A stretch of DNA of 64,000 nucleotides from Vicugna vicugna. Its lineage: Eukaryota. Below the pieces are notes generated by a model that saw nothing but the letters and a program-made list of their open reading frames with translations, was not told where the DNA came from and searched no databases. The DNA lies in assembly GCA_013265495.1 (NCBI GenBank), contig MU058781.1, forward strand, positions 3,163,050 to 3,227,049, written 5' to 3'. Both the position numbers and the translations under genes were made by a program. Below are positions 1-12,019 of this stretch, piece after piece. Position 1 is the stretch's first letter. Every line of letters begins with the position of its first letter.

Positions 1-21
1 TTTTTTTTTTTTTTTTTTTTT
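1..21. repeat. poly(T) run at window edge
   Basis: 21 consecutive T; may continue outside the window. Confidence 0.95.
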
Positions 22-442
22 GCAGGTTGAGATGGGATGATTGAGAAGCACATTCAAAAGGTTTCATTTGTGTTTGCAAAGGTTAAGGAGCCCCCGCAGG
101 GCACCTAACTTCCCTCTGCAAATAAAATTTTATGCAAGTTGCCTTGTGGAGAAGAGGCTCCGTGCTTTGGCGGCAGAAAAGAACTACCAACAATAGTTAG
201 GAAGTGTGTTCTGCAGCCTCCTATGCTAGGGAGTCAAGGGGCCATAGATGCCAAACTAGGCTTTCTGTTTTTCACTGCTGTTGAGCTAAATTAAATCTTT
301 CAAAGGAAGCATGTGTTCCCTCTTAGGTTACTAGGCTAGAGTCCCACTTTGCAGAATGCTGTTATTTCTCCTTTTCTCCTCTCCCTTCAATTGCCTGTTG
401 TGTTTACTAAATCTGGAGCTTAGCTAACCGTTAGAAACTGGT

Positions 443-750
443 AGTGGAGAAAGAAAGAGAGGATAGGAGACATAGAGAAAAAGAATAGAGAGGGACATAG
501 GAGGAATAGATAGATAGAGAGAAGATAAACATAGAGATACAGAGAGGAGAAAAGAGAATAAAAGATATGTATTCAGTGTTATAGAAAGAAGACAAAGAAA
601 AAGAGGCAGAGAGAGAGAGAAGATAAAGATACAGAGAGTGATAAAGAGAAAGAGAAACATGGAGATACAGAGAGAAGAGAAAGACATAGATAAATAGAAA
701 TAAGGAGGGAGAGAGAAAGAGAAAGAAAACAGGAGAGAGAGAGAGAGAGC
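443..750. repeat. GA-rich low-complexity polypurine tract
   Basis: about 300 bp of degenerate GAGA/GATA/GAAA units; accounts for the Leu/Ser/Phe-rich minus-strand ORFs at 424-918. Confidence 0.9.
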
Positions 751-1384
751 TGGACACAGATGTCCTCTATGCTGGGGATGATGGATGACCTCTATGGAGA
801 CAGCCCTTCGAGGTAGAGTAGACAGGGTATAAACCAGAAGAAGGTGCTGAACCTGATTATGTAGGTAACAGGCTGGAGAATCACAGAATCTAAGGAGAGG
901 GTAATCTGGTTTAACCACCAGCTTTTACAGATGAAATAAGAGGAGAATCTGGGAGAGATTTCATAGCTTGTCTGGGCTCACATAGTTAATTACTATCAGT
1001 ACAATTTGCAAGACTGCTAAGCTGCTTAGGACACTGGTGGAAAAAAAAATCAGACCCTCCAGTAGAGGGGGTTTTGCAACATGCTTGATCCAGGGCTCCC
1101 TGTGACCACCAGCCTGATCATTTGTACTGGTCTTCAATTTGGAGGACAAGATCCAAATCCAGGTCATGTGACCTTTGATCATATCAAAAGGCTTTACATC
1201 ATGTGTTTGCTGGGATCTTTGGTGCTGGCTGCTTCCAGGGGCCAAAGGAGAGCCAAACCTTGCTAGGCTCATTGTAAACTGGAAATAACAATACCTAACT
1301 GGTCAGGCTCTTCCAAGGATTAAATGAAAAGTCATTTCGTGGACACTTGTTCAGCCGTTCCTGCTTAACCACACTCTCCTCCAA

Positions 1385-1595
1385 GTGCTTAGCATGCATT
1401 AATTCACTAATCCTCTTAGGAACAGTAATGATTCCAGCTCAGTCATTGTCCCCACTTCATAGATGAGGATACTGAGATACAAAGAGGGCAACTGACTGGC
1501 CCTAGGGGTTAATTAATTTTATGTTCACAAGGCTACTAGAAAATGGAGGAGTTAGAACTTTAACCCCAGCAATGTGACTCAAGAGGTCCAGCCTA
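1385..1595 (-). mobile_element. MIR SINE fragment
   Basis: MIR core in reverse: cccacttcatagatgaggatactgag followed by aaccccagcaatgtgactc. Confidence 0.8.
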
Positions 1596-1761
1596 TTCCA
1601 ACACCTGGCACATAGCAGCTCTTCACAAGTTCAAAATACAGGTTCACTGTCATTATCAATAGTAAGAGTTTTGGAGTCATAGTGACCTGGATTGCAAATG
1701 AAGAAAGACAGAGCTACAGGTTGTTTTTTTTCCCCTTCTTTTTGTTTCTTGCTTGATTTAG

Positions 1762-1806
1762 CTAGATTATTGGAGGAGTTGGTCCACGATTCATGTGTGG
1801 ATGAAG
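1762..1806 (+). other. candidate 45-nt cassette microexon (unverified)
   Basis: long polypyrimidine tract ending ttgatttag, donor AAG|gtaggg, length divisible by 3, two open frames. Confidence 0.25.
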
Positions 1807-2839
1807 GTAGGGGAGAGTCTGAATGCCGAGCGCTCTTGTTTTCAGACTGACGCTGCCACACAGTCCATACCAATTAATGTTTCTATCTCAACTGACAAAT
1901 TTGGTGGGAATAAGAAATTCATGAACTGACCAAGTGCTTGAGAGGACCCCTTGAACACTTCCTTATCTCCATGAGCCCTTAGGGAATGATAACCATCTTT
2001 TTTCTTCTTGTTTTTCATGATACTATCTGCACTTACACTCTAAAGATGTATTCTGTATGAAAAGACATTTCTGGAGATGGCAAACTCAATAGAGAAGTGA
2101 GGGAGAGGACACATGAAACACGGAGTGGGTGGTAGACAGTCTACGGTCTATCAAGACATGTGGGTCAAGACTTTCTCATCAGTTTTCACGAAAATGGCAC
2201 CAGGGATAGATAACAGGCAGACTGAATGGAAATATGACACGGAAGAGAGAGAAAGAAACACGGGAGGGAAAGGAGAAGAAAGCTGTCAAATTCTGTCTTA
2301 ACACCCCCAAAATAGCAAAAGGCATATGTCCTGGCCTTTCCCCTGAGAGTCATGCAGAGGGTTAGAAACAGTGTTTGAAAACTTAAGGACTGTTTAAGAC
2401 TTGCCCAGGATCCGGCCCCAGGCAGGCATTCTCTTCATTTAGAACAATGAGAAATGAGTATCTTTGAGTAGTCCCTTCACCAAAAGCCAGGAACCTCAGT
2501 CCTATCCATAGACTATCTAGAACCTCTTATGGGAGGGAGTAGCCACACGCTTGGCCGCTGCTAACTCCCAGATCTTGGGTAACTTTTACTGATTAATTCA
2601 TTTTATAATCAATAGCAAGTGTCCAGCATATTTTCCTCTTCTTTCAAGCCCCTTTCCACTGCCACCTACACCTTCCTTCAAATCTGCAATCATGTGCTTC
2701 GGATATAATAACTCTGAGCCAGGAAAGAGACTCACAAAGCAGTGATATATTCCCAGCCTGGAGCTAACAGTGCTTCTGCAGGGCATACAAAATGAGAAGC
2801 AAATTTACTGTGACATTCAGGTCTTCTATCATATATTTC

Positions 2840-3260
2840 CACCTAATAAATAGCCCAACTCTGTTTCCCACCCCTTCACCATCTACCTAGCAATCCAGTC
2901 CAATCTCGTATTTCCTGAACTTCTACCTCATAGTCTAGTCCTGTCTCTCATCCCCTGAATCCTCTACCTAATAGTCCAGCCCCATCTCAACCCCTTGCAC
3001 CACTCCCTGATTGGCCAGCACTGTTTCCCATCCTTTGCACTTCTACGTGATGATCCAGCACTATCCCCAACCCCCTGCACCTCTACCTCATAGTCCAGCC
3101 CATCTCCCTCTCCTGTATCTCTATCTTCTTGTTTAGTCCTACCTCTCACTCTTGTAACACAGGGATGGTCCTACTGCAGTTCCATCTGATGGTCCAGCCC
3201 TACATCCACCTGCTGACACTCAGTACTGAGTTTCAGCCCTATCCCCTTTATTTCAACTAA
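2840..3260. repeat. degenerate tandem repeat, unit about 40 bp
   Basis: tctacctcatagtccagccc-like unit starts at 2882, 2922, 2963, 3002, 3042, 3082 and 3120. Confidence 0.8.
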
Positions 3261-4534
3261 CCTGGACTCTTCACTGTATAGCAGATGCAACCTCCTCCTT
3301 CCTGCCAACCATGATGCTTTTGTTAATGATGTTTACTCTGCCTAAATGCCCTTCATATTCTCTATTTTTAAAATTTACCACCTGTGTGAGATCCCTTTGG
3401 ATCAGAATTTCTCCTTCCATCTTCTCTGTCTATGGCTCTTCTTACTTATCCTGCACATTCTATTTTTATGGTTAGATGCATCATGTATATCTTGCCCACA
3501 CACACAAGACTGTAAAGGCTGTGAACTTGGGTGCAGTGCCTCATCTTTTTAATAAAAAGTCCCCAAGCTTCTCCTCTGTTTCAGTCATTGTCCTAGGTGG
3601 TAATGTTATAAGATGACTAAGGCATGGCCTCATATGACCTTATTTTATGGTCTGATCATTTATATGTCCCTAGAGCATCTGGCAAAGTGCCAGTAACAGA
3701 TCCTCTGCCCATTATGTTGGACAGAATGAAAGAAGGAAGGCAAATTAGCTGGCTGAATGATCACTGCAGCTGAATAGGGGCACAGTAAAAAAAAAAAAAC
3801 AAAAAAAAAACTCCAATGCTTTTCATGCATCAAAAGCATCCTTAATTGGCTCAAAGAAAACATACACATTTTCTTCAATAAGATGGCAGAGATTCTGGCA
3901 GTACATGTAGGTGTAATAACACATTGCTCTGTCAATTCAAAGAGATTCTTTGACACACTGATTTCAGGGAAATGTGTATCTTGTTTGGAATGCTTTTCTT
4001 TTTTTCCCCCTTATTTTCAGGCTGTTGCTGTACAACCTAATTCAATTCATCTAAATGGAAGATTCATTAATGTATGATTACATGTTTCATCAAGGGGACT
4101 TAATCCATCCCCTTCCTGGAGAGGGACTTGGTAGAATGATTTTTATTAGAAAATGTCAGCCTGTGAAAAGTTTAAAATGATAATCATCTGGAAAACACAG
4201 ACAGGAGCCTGATTCCTTGGGAATTTTACTTGAGGGCCTCCAGCAGGTACACCTGTAATTGCATACCTGCACATACCCGCGTGCATCCTGGTCTTTCTCT
4301 TCTTTGAATGCTGAAGCACGTTAGGTCTCCCCGTCTGAGTACAATGCTTCATAACACTATCCTCAAAGTACACACAACCCCATAACACATACTTTCACTT
4401 CCATCTAGAAGTAAAGAGCCACATATGTTCATTTCCATGGTGGCGCTCCTTGGACTGATGAGAGTTAGAAGCTGACTTTCATCAGCCTCTAAAGGCCTTC
4501 ACTGAAGTGATTTTTTAAATCACCTCACTCTAAA

Positions 4535-4574
4535 ACACACACACACACACGCACGCACACACACACACACACAC
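4535..4574. repeat. (CA)n microsatellite, interrupted
   Basis: acacacac...gcacgcacacac visible directly. Confidence 0.95.
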
Positions 4575-5019
4575 GTGCTAATATCAGCACCTGAGGAAAA
4601 GTACTTAATTCGCAGACCCAGGAAATAAAATCACCATGTTGGGAATAGAACTATAATTATCATCTATAAGGAATGAACTTCGGCCTGTGCAGAAATCACA
4701 AGAGTCACAGGAGACTGTCACTAAATATGTGGCTGAAACACATAAAGACCCAAATTTGGTTAATTCAGGCCTGTGGTGGTCACTACAAAAGTTGAAGCCC
4801 AGGAAAGAAGAAAGAGTTCCTCACCGAGAATGGGAGGCTAGATTCAAAGAAAAGGGGACAAATAAAGAATTTGTCAGTATTCATCCAGCTCTGTGAGCTA
4901 TGGGCCTTGGTCCATGAGTCTGTAGATCCAACACCTGATCACTAGGCATGTACGTGTCTCAGACCTCCCGCCAAAAATGCCTCAAGACTCTCCGCTGTGT
5001 TTGAATGTCCTGTCTCACA

Positions 5020-6070
5020 AGTGGTTTTTTCAGTTGGTTTGTTCTAATCAAAATCCCCAAAAGAGATTCTCACGTTGCATTTGGTTTATAAGTTCCTTTT
5101 CATCCATAAGTTCCCCCTTTTATCATTTCATTTATGGTGGAAATAATCAGGTCATTTCATCTGTAGAATTCCTCACATTCTAGGGTTAGTTCATTTCATC
5201 CCCATGGTGTCATTTAATGTGTTACTTTGTTCCCCATACTTCCTGTAAACTGGCTCACGTAGGTTCAGGTTCAGTTCTTTGCCAAAAGTACTTGATGTGT
5301 AGTCACAGAATATCTGGTTGTCCCACTTTAGTGATGTTAAGATTGATTAATGGCTTAGGTATCATCAGCCTGAAGTTGTGAAGTATTGTTAGGTATTGTC
5401 ATTCATTCTGAGGTTCTTCATCAAAATTATATCCAAATATTTTAACAGCCATTAATGATTCTTGCTGAGCTTCACTATTTTATTAGAGGTTGAAAAAATT
5501 TTCCTTTTATAATTCGTTCATTTCTTCTGCATTTAGTAGCTGAATTTCTTTTTAAAAAAAAATGTTCCCTCATCAAACATTTGTGTTATCCTGAAATACA
5601 ATTTTAGGGTGTGTAAACAGCAGGCTGTATGATTCATTATTTTTCCTTTTATTTATAAATTTTTAGAGGAATGAGTTAGTGACCACTGAGTTTTTGTACC
5701 ACTATGAACACATGGGTTTTAAAATAAAATGTGCTTTAATCCACTGTGGTCATTATTCCTTTTGACATTCAAATTGTGTCATGTTTGGCTGGTAGGAGTA
5801 CCTTCAAGTTAGCTCCTGTGCCTTTTGAAATGGCTGTGGGGGTCTCTGATAATATCCTTGCTTTCTGGCACAATAAGATGTTCATAGCTCATACATAGTT
5901 TCATACACTTTCCAGCCTGTACCTGGGGTCATTCATTCATCTCTCCAAGGAGCCCTGATTCCTTGTATTGTGGGAGGTATTTACAAACCACCATCTAGGT
6001 TTTAGGGTTGTTCATTACTACTGGATCTTCATTGCTTCTGAACTTTATCATTGGACAGAGCTAGAAAATA
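5020..6070 (-). mobile_element. ancient L1 3' region (L1MC4/L1MC5-like)
   Basis: tctccaaggagccctgattcct...ggacagagctagaaaata resembles the recalled L1MC4-type 3' UTR in reverse. Confidence 0.65.
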
Positions 6071-6074
6071 TTGT

Positions 6075-6330
6075 GTATTGGATACTGTGGCTACATTAGA
6101 AGAAAACTTATCTGTTAAATGTGCATACTGTAGTATGTATTAGTGATATATGACATGATCGCTTGGATTTGTTTTAAAAATTCTAACTTTTTTAAAAAGT
6201 AGAGAGATGGAAAAAAGGTTTGGAAAATGTTATTTGAAGTGAATGATGGCTGTGTCGAAGGTTTTTTTATACTATTTACTCCACTTTAATTGGATGTTTG
6301 AAAATCTCCATGATAAAAAGTTTTAAAAGA
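6075..6330 (+). mobile_element. ancient L1 3' end (L1ME-like)
   Basis: ends tgtttgaaaatctccatgataaaaagtttt, typical of L1ME 3' termini. Confidence 0.6.
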
Positions 6331-6789
6331 GGGTTATATCACACACACACACACACACATTTACACCCCTAACTTTTCACTTTTCTTTCTGATTTCACGT
6401 ACATAGAGCAACATCTTAATTACTCAGTTCTCCTAGTATCTTGATACAGGGAGGAGAGTAGGGAGATACAGGATGTGAGTATTTAGTCCCTAACAAGGAG
6501 AATCCCCTATTATGAACCTGGTTTGTTTCAATCCTGGACTTCTTTAGTTCAACTTCTTTCCCCGATGTCATGAAGATACCCCTGGAGTTCTTCATCATTC
6601 TTATTCTCCGCCATGGTTCTTTAGATGTGCTGGATCCCGGAATATCCTCCTCACTGTGGACAGGGACCACATCTTTGGATTTTCAGTGCCTGGCACTCCC
6701 ATGGTTATGCAGTTCTTCTAGGTCCATATTTCTCTTCAATTCTAAGTGTATTTTTTAATGTAAGACCAGTTTAAATGAGGATGAAAGAA

Positions 6790-7150
6790 GTGATAAGTAT
6801 TTATTTGGTATGCACTGTATTACTGTACTGGGCACTAGATATGCAAACATAAATTAAAAAAACACAGCGCCTGCTTTCAAGGAGATTGCATTTTAGGGGG
6901 AAAGAAAGACATATAAACCATTAGGTGCACACAGAGCCTTTGAGTAGCTTGGAAGTTAGAAGAAGAGAAAAAGTTTCAACGTTAAGTCCAATTTGAAATG
7001 TGAAGGAGGACCAGTTAATTCTGAGGAAGCACAGAACTGGAAATCTAGAGAAAAGGTAGGATGTGAAATGAGCCTTTAAACAGGAGTAGGAATTCCCCAG
7101 ACAATGAAAGGGAATGGAATCAAGGGAAGAGGAGGGAATTATTTAGGGAG
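6790..7150 (-). mobile_element. L2 LINE fragment
   Basis: reverse L2 3' end: aagtatttatt...tgtactgggcactag...cctgctttcaaggag. Confidence 0.65.
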
Positions 7151-7163
7151 AGGAAAGGGGATC

Positions 7164-7901
7164 TGTTGCAGGAAAATGGGGTGAGAAATGATGATCACGT
7201 CCCTGGTTTCAGGCGAGCCCCTGGGACACACCGTGTCAGGTGAGGATCCTTGGCTTCATGATGAAATTCAAGAGCCAGCCGTAGGAAAGTGAAAGCAAGC
7301 TTATTCAGGGAGATACATCCTCCAGAGACAGAGTGTAGGCCGTCTCAGAAGGCAAGAGAGGCCCGGGGAGATGGGGTCATTTTAGAAAGGGAGAGCAGCC
7401 CTAGAAGACACACATTCCATGGGCAGAATGCGTGTAGGCTCAAAAGGCAAGAGGCCATGAGCTGTGGGAGGTTTAGTTTAAGTAAAAGTAGATACACACT
7501 CCACAGACAAGCGTGTAGGCTGTCTCAGAAGGCAAGAGAGAGAGAGAGAGAGGCCATGGGATACGGGGGTGGTTAGTTTTTATAAGCTAGGTAATTTCAT
7601 ATGCTAACAAGTGGGAGGATTATTCCAGCCGTTTTGGAGAAGGGGCAGGGGTTTCCTGGAATTGGGCCACCGCCCACTTTTTGGCCTTTTGTGGCCAGCC
7701 TCAAAACTGCCATGGCACCAGTGGGTGTGTGACTGAACATGCTAGTGTATTACAATGAGCATGAAATGGAGCTCCAGCTCTACTGGAGGTCAAGTCTTCT
7801 GCCATCCTGGGCTTAGCAGGTACTAACCAGTTTATGTCCCATCCTCAATTGTTGTGTCATTCTTTTCATGGTTGTGCCGTGCCCCCCTCCCTCCTGTCTC
7901 A
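7164..7901 (-). mobile_element. ERV1 solo LTR, MER41-like (cetartiodactyl type)
   Basis: TG...CA termini; minus strand starts tgagacaggagggagggggg-cacggcacaaccatgaaaagaatgacac like recalled MER41_BT-type LTRs; imperfect 4-bp TSD gatc/gata. Confidence 0.75.
7653..7661. promoter_or_regulatory. GAS (STAT) motif TTCCTGGAA within the LTR
   Basis: exact match to TTCNNNGAA; binding not demonstrated. Confidence 0.45.
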
Positions 7902-7994
7902 GATATCCACAGGCAGAGGGATATAAACCGACAAAGAAGAACACAAGGAAAGGGGCTTGATTTTCTGCGTTGTTCAGTAACAATATGCCTGTGA

Positions 7995-8200
7995 CTCTTC
8001 CCCCGACAGGCCAAATCCAGCCCCCACCTGGCTTTGTGACTAACATTTATGGGAACACAGCCAATTTGTTTATGGATTGTTGATGACTGCTTTTGTATTG
8101 TGATGGCAGAGTTGAGTATTTGGGACAGGGACCTTCTGGTGCACAAAGCCTGAAATATTTACTGTCTGGTCCTTTACTGAAGTGGTTTCTCCACCTCTTC
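7995..8200. mobile_element. MER58-like hAT-Charlie MITE
   Basis: ggccaaatccagccc...ggaacacagcc...aaagcctgaaatatttactgtctggtcctttac. Confidence 0.75.
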
Positions 8201-8207
8201 TCCAGAA

Positions 8208-8376
8208 CAGTATTTCTCAAACTTAAACCTGCATATAAATCACTTGGGAATCTTGTTTAAATGCAGATTCTGATTCAATAGGACTAAGTAGACCTAAAAC
8301 TCTGAATTTCTAAGAAGCTTCCTTCCTGGTGATGCCAACATTGCTAGACAGTTCAGGACACTCTTCGTAGCAAAGA
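8208..8376. mobile_element. MER5-like hAT MITE
   Basis: cagtatttctcaaactt...aatcacttgggaatcttgtttaaatgcagattctgattca. Confidence 0.75.
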
Positions 8377-9122
8377 TCTAGAGAAACTCTGGATTCTCAG
8401 GGCTTGTGCTTCTGGGATAACAATCCATCAGAAGGCATCTCAGAGTTGAGGATATGGCCAGATATAACCTGGATATTACCTGACTTAATTGAAGTTCACT
8501 GAGATGCAAATCCCTGTTTCAGCAACTACAGCTGAAACTATTAGAAGAACAGTTTTAGAAACCAAATGGCCATTAATTATATTTTGCTTCATCCTCAAAA
8601 CAAGGCTTTACCATAGTCACTATATTCTCTGCATACATTCTCTCCACTTCTATTCCTTCTTAACTAAAGATCTCCTCATTGGTGGGCTACATAAGGCTCC
8701 CCCCATGCACTTCATCCCCACTGACCATCCATCTACATCCCTCTCTTAGCTGCAATAATATGGTAACCAAACATTTTTCCAAATGCAGTATCAAACTAAA
8801 AGGACTTCTTGTAAAACATAAGAAGAGAAAATCCAGTGGGTCTCTACCTTGAACCATAAGAAATGTAATAACAATGCTGATTTCCACTTACCCCTTTCCA
8901 AAATCCTTATAACATTACACTAAAATAAGAACACTTACTCCAGTGACTTAGGCTATGCTTTGCTTATTTTGGCTTGTTATGAGGGTTGAGCCTTCCCTCC
9001 TCTTATTTTAAAATAGAGCATTAGAACTAACTGAGATTTGGCAGATATTTAGCCTGAAAGAAAATTTTAAATCATCTGGCATTCAAACGTGTTTATTTGT
9101 GGCAAAGAATGTCCTATTTCTT

Positions 9123-9173
9123 GAAAGAAAGGAAGGAAGGAAGGAAGAAAGAAAAGAAAGAGAGAGAAAGAAA

Positions 9174-9217
<44 letters not shown>

Positions 9218-9233
9218 AAAGAAAAGAAAGAAA
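9123..9233. repeat. (GAAA)n/(GGAA)n simple repeat
   Basis: visible directly. Confidence 0.95.
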
Positions 9234-10389
9234 GTCTTATGTAAAAAACTAAGCTTAGAGGCCACTTTGGGCATCAGTAGCTCTCAGAAGAGTAACATTT
9301 AGGTGAGTTTCCAAATGACTCAGAAACATAAAGACTGAATTCCCGCAGAAGCTTTACACGTGGACTTTATACTAAGTATGTTCAATAGAGTGCATGTTAC
9401 AGTTTATCCAGAAAAATCGTTTATCCCTCATCATGACTCCAAAGGGTTCTTGGTTCTCCAAGGGCCCTGGGCCAGGAGCCGAGAGGGAGAGTCCTTACTC
9501 TGTCACTAACTCAGTTATGGTTGGCAAGTTGCTTAAGCTCACCACCTCAGTATCTGCATGGTGACCAATGAGGCCTGCTCTCACTCTAAGAGCATAATTT
9601 GGTGGATTTGCCCGAGGTCACCCAGAACCAAGAGTCAAGTTCAGCCTTCTGATTTCAAACAAAGGGCTTTCTTCAATGTTCTGTGCTACCCCTATGAATA
9701 AAAATCATCCATTTAGTACCTCGTGCTTGACCGACTGGTATGGAAGCTGCCTAGTCCAGTCTGACCTTTACATACAACCCCCAGTGTTGTTCAGCTGCTG
9801 TCCTGTTTTCTGGGCTGACGTTGGAAATCACCATTGTGGAATTTGTGTCAGTTCCCACGGGGCAATGGAGATTTTCAGTTAGATCAATGGAGAAATTGCT
9901 AGATAAGCTTGGCTTGCATTGTCAGAATGCTTTAAGCTTTTCTCAGAGGGACTGAAGAAACCAAATGTGACTGCATGTAACAGGTGCCTTAAGTGTCCCT
10001 GGTGAAGAGGTGCCAGCACTCTGTTTACAAGCGCATAAAAAGGAGAACCCGGGACATTGCACGGAATGATAATGAGGGTCTGCTCCACTGTGTTTCTTTG
10101 CTAAATGTTAAGGTGAAGCTGTGGAGGGTAGAAACATGAGTGGGAAATGGGGACACTTGTAGCCAATCTAATAAAGCTTTTCAGTGTGTCTGCTCCACAA
10201 ATACTTCTCAGTGAACACCAAAGAAAGAGAGCAAATTCGTCGCCTTCACAAGCAGGGCTGCTGCTAGTCCAGCCAGTGCCTCTGGGCTGGTTAGGAAAAT
10301 GTTCTCCTCTGCGCAGCACAGGGGTCTGTGAGCAGAGTAAAGGCTGGATTTCACGCACCCTTTCTATAGGGCCTCCTTGTATGGAGAAC

Positions 10390-10625
10390 AAATATTTAAA
10401 TGCTGCTTGCAATGTGCCTGGCACTGTTCTAAACAAAAGCATATATGAATTTTGCGACCTTCATAGTAATCCAATGATGTGAGTGTTATTTACAATCATG
10501 ACAATACTCATATTGACATCATGATTGTTCCCATTTTACAGATGAGGAAACTGAGACAAGAAGCAGGTAGGAGACCTACCCGAGGTCACACAGCTAGTGA
10601 ACTTCACAGTTAGAATTCAGCTCTG
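10390..10625 (-). mobile_element. MIR SINE, near full length
   Basis: tgtgcctggcactgttctaa...cccattttacagatgaggaaactgag...aggtcacacagctagt. Confidence 0.9.
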
Positions 10626-11796
10626 GTGAGAAAATGGTTCTCTGAGCTTCAGCTTCTCCCTGCCTGTAAGAGTGAGCACACCATCACTGTCTTCTCCGGA
10701 AAGACTTCTGCAAGGCCAAGCAAGCAGACACTGAATCTGTGCAGTCTGATTAAAGAGACTCTGCCTAGCCTCAGAAATACTGATTCCAAAATTTACATCA
10801 AGGGAAGAAACGCCCCAAACATGCAGCACCCGTAGTCTAGGGTCACAGCAAAGCCATCTGTATGGATGCTAAAAGCCACCAGCCGGCTGTAGTAAAATGA
10901 CTTGCATGTCTGCTTGAACTAGTGTCATGCTGGTGATGTGTGTGTTTGGGGTACAGGAGGCTGTTTCCTTCTGAAGTTCAGCATATAGTCATCAAAGGCT
11001 TGGATGTCAGTTTAGGATGACGGTAGTTTCCAAGATAAAGCATCACCTGAAAGGAAATACTGGGAAACACTGCGTAAAGGAACAATGCACATAATCCAGT
11101 CCTAATCAACCAATGGGGACTAGAGAGCACCTACTGTATACCAGACCATCCAGTATAAAGAGGAACTGGGATGCACAGAGTCACAGAACCCGGTCCTTTA
11201 TCTCCTCCTCAGCCTTGCTTCATACCCCGTCACCCTGGTCCAGCACACAGCACTCTGACGTTCCCTGGGTGTGTCCTCTGCCTTCCCACTCGTGTGGCTT
11301 TCCATGTGCTCTCACTCCTTGGAATGAGCTGGCAAACTGCTCCCCAGTCATTGGATGATTCTCACATAGTCACGCTGTGACATTTTCCCTGTTTCTCTCC
11401 AAACCGTCCTTCTTCCATCCACTCTCCCACTGCACGGAGTGCTCCCCTTCATCAGGGAACTTTGGTTTAGTGTCGAGAATTCAGGCTTTGGAGTCAGAGT
11501 TTTCTCCCACCCAGGCTCATTCACTGTCCAACATCAGCTGACTCCTGTGCAAACAGGGATTGTCAGAGTACCTGCTTTACCGTGGGGGAAGGCCAAGTGA
11601 TACACTCACGTAAAATTTCAGAAAGTTTCCAATATGTGTTTCCTACTCGTATCATGTTGGACATAGTTGTCTCTTTAAAATCTGTTACTCCTTAAGGCCA
11701 AAATCATACCTTTTCACCTGTGATTCCAGAGCACTTAGCAGAGCACCTAAAAGAAGTCTTCAATGAATATTTAGTTTTTTAAAAAAAGGATGAATA

Positions 11797-12019
11797 GGGA
11801 CAGAATGGGATTTCAAAATGCAGAATAGATAAACAAGATTATACTGTATAGCACAGGGAAATATATACAAGATCTTGGTAGCTCACAGTGAAAAAAAATG
11901 TGACAATGAATATATGTATGTTCATGTATAACTGAAAAATTGTGCTCTACACTGGAATTTGACACAACATTGTAAAATGACTATAACTCAATTTAAAAAT
12001 GTTAAAAAAATTAAATTAA
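11797..12019 (+). mobile_element. young 5'-truncated L1 3' end (camelid-like) with perfect 16-bp TSD
   Basis: L1 3' UTR (tactgtatagcacagggaa...acattgtaaaatgactataactcaat), A-rich tail, TSD aaaaaaaggatgaata at 11781-11796 and 12020-12035. Confidence 0.9.

Noticed and set aside
424..918. 164-aa and 108-aa hydrophobic minus-strand ORFs
   Set aside because: They are translations of the CT-rich strand of a GA low-complexity tract.
2840..3260. CRISPR-like periodic array
   Set aside because: Whole units are mutually similar with no unique spacers, there are no cas genes, and the context is eukaryotic.
9083..9302. Lys/Glu/Arg-rich and Phe/Ser/Leu-rich ORFs
   Set aside because: Produced by the (GAAA)n repeat.
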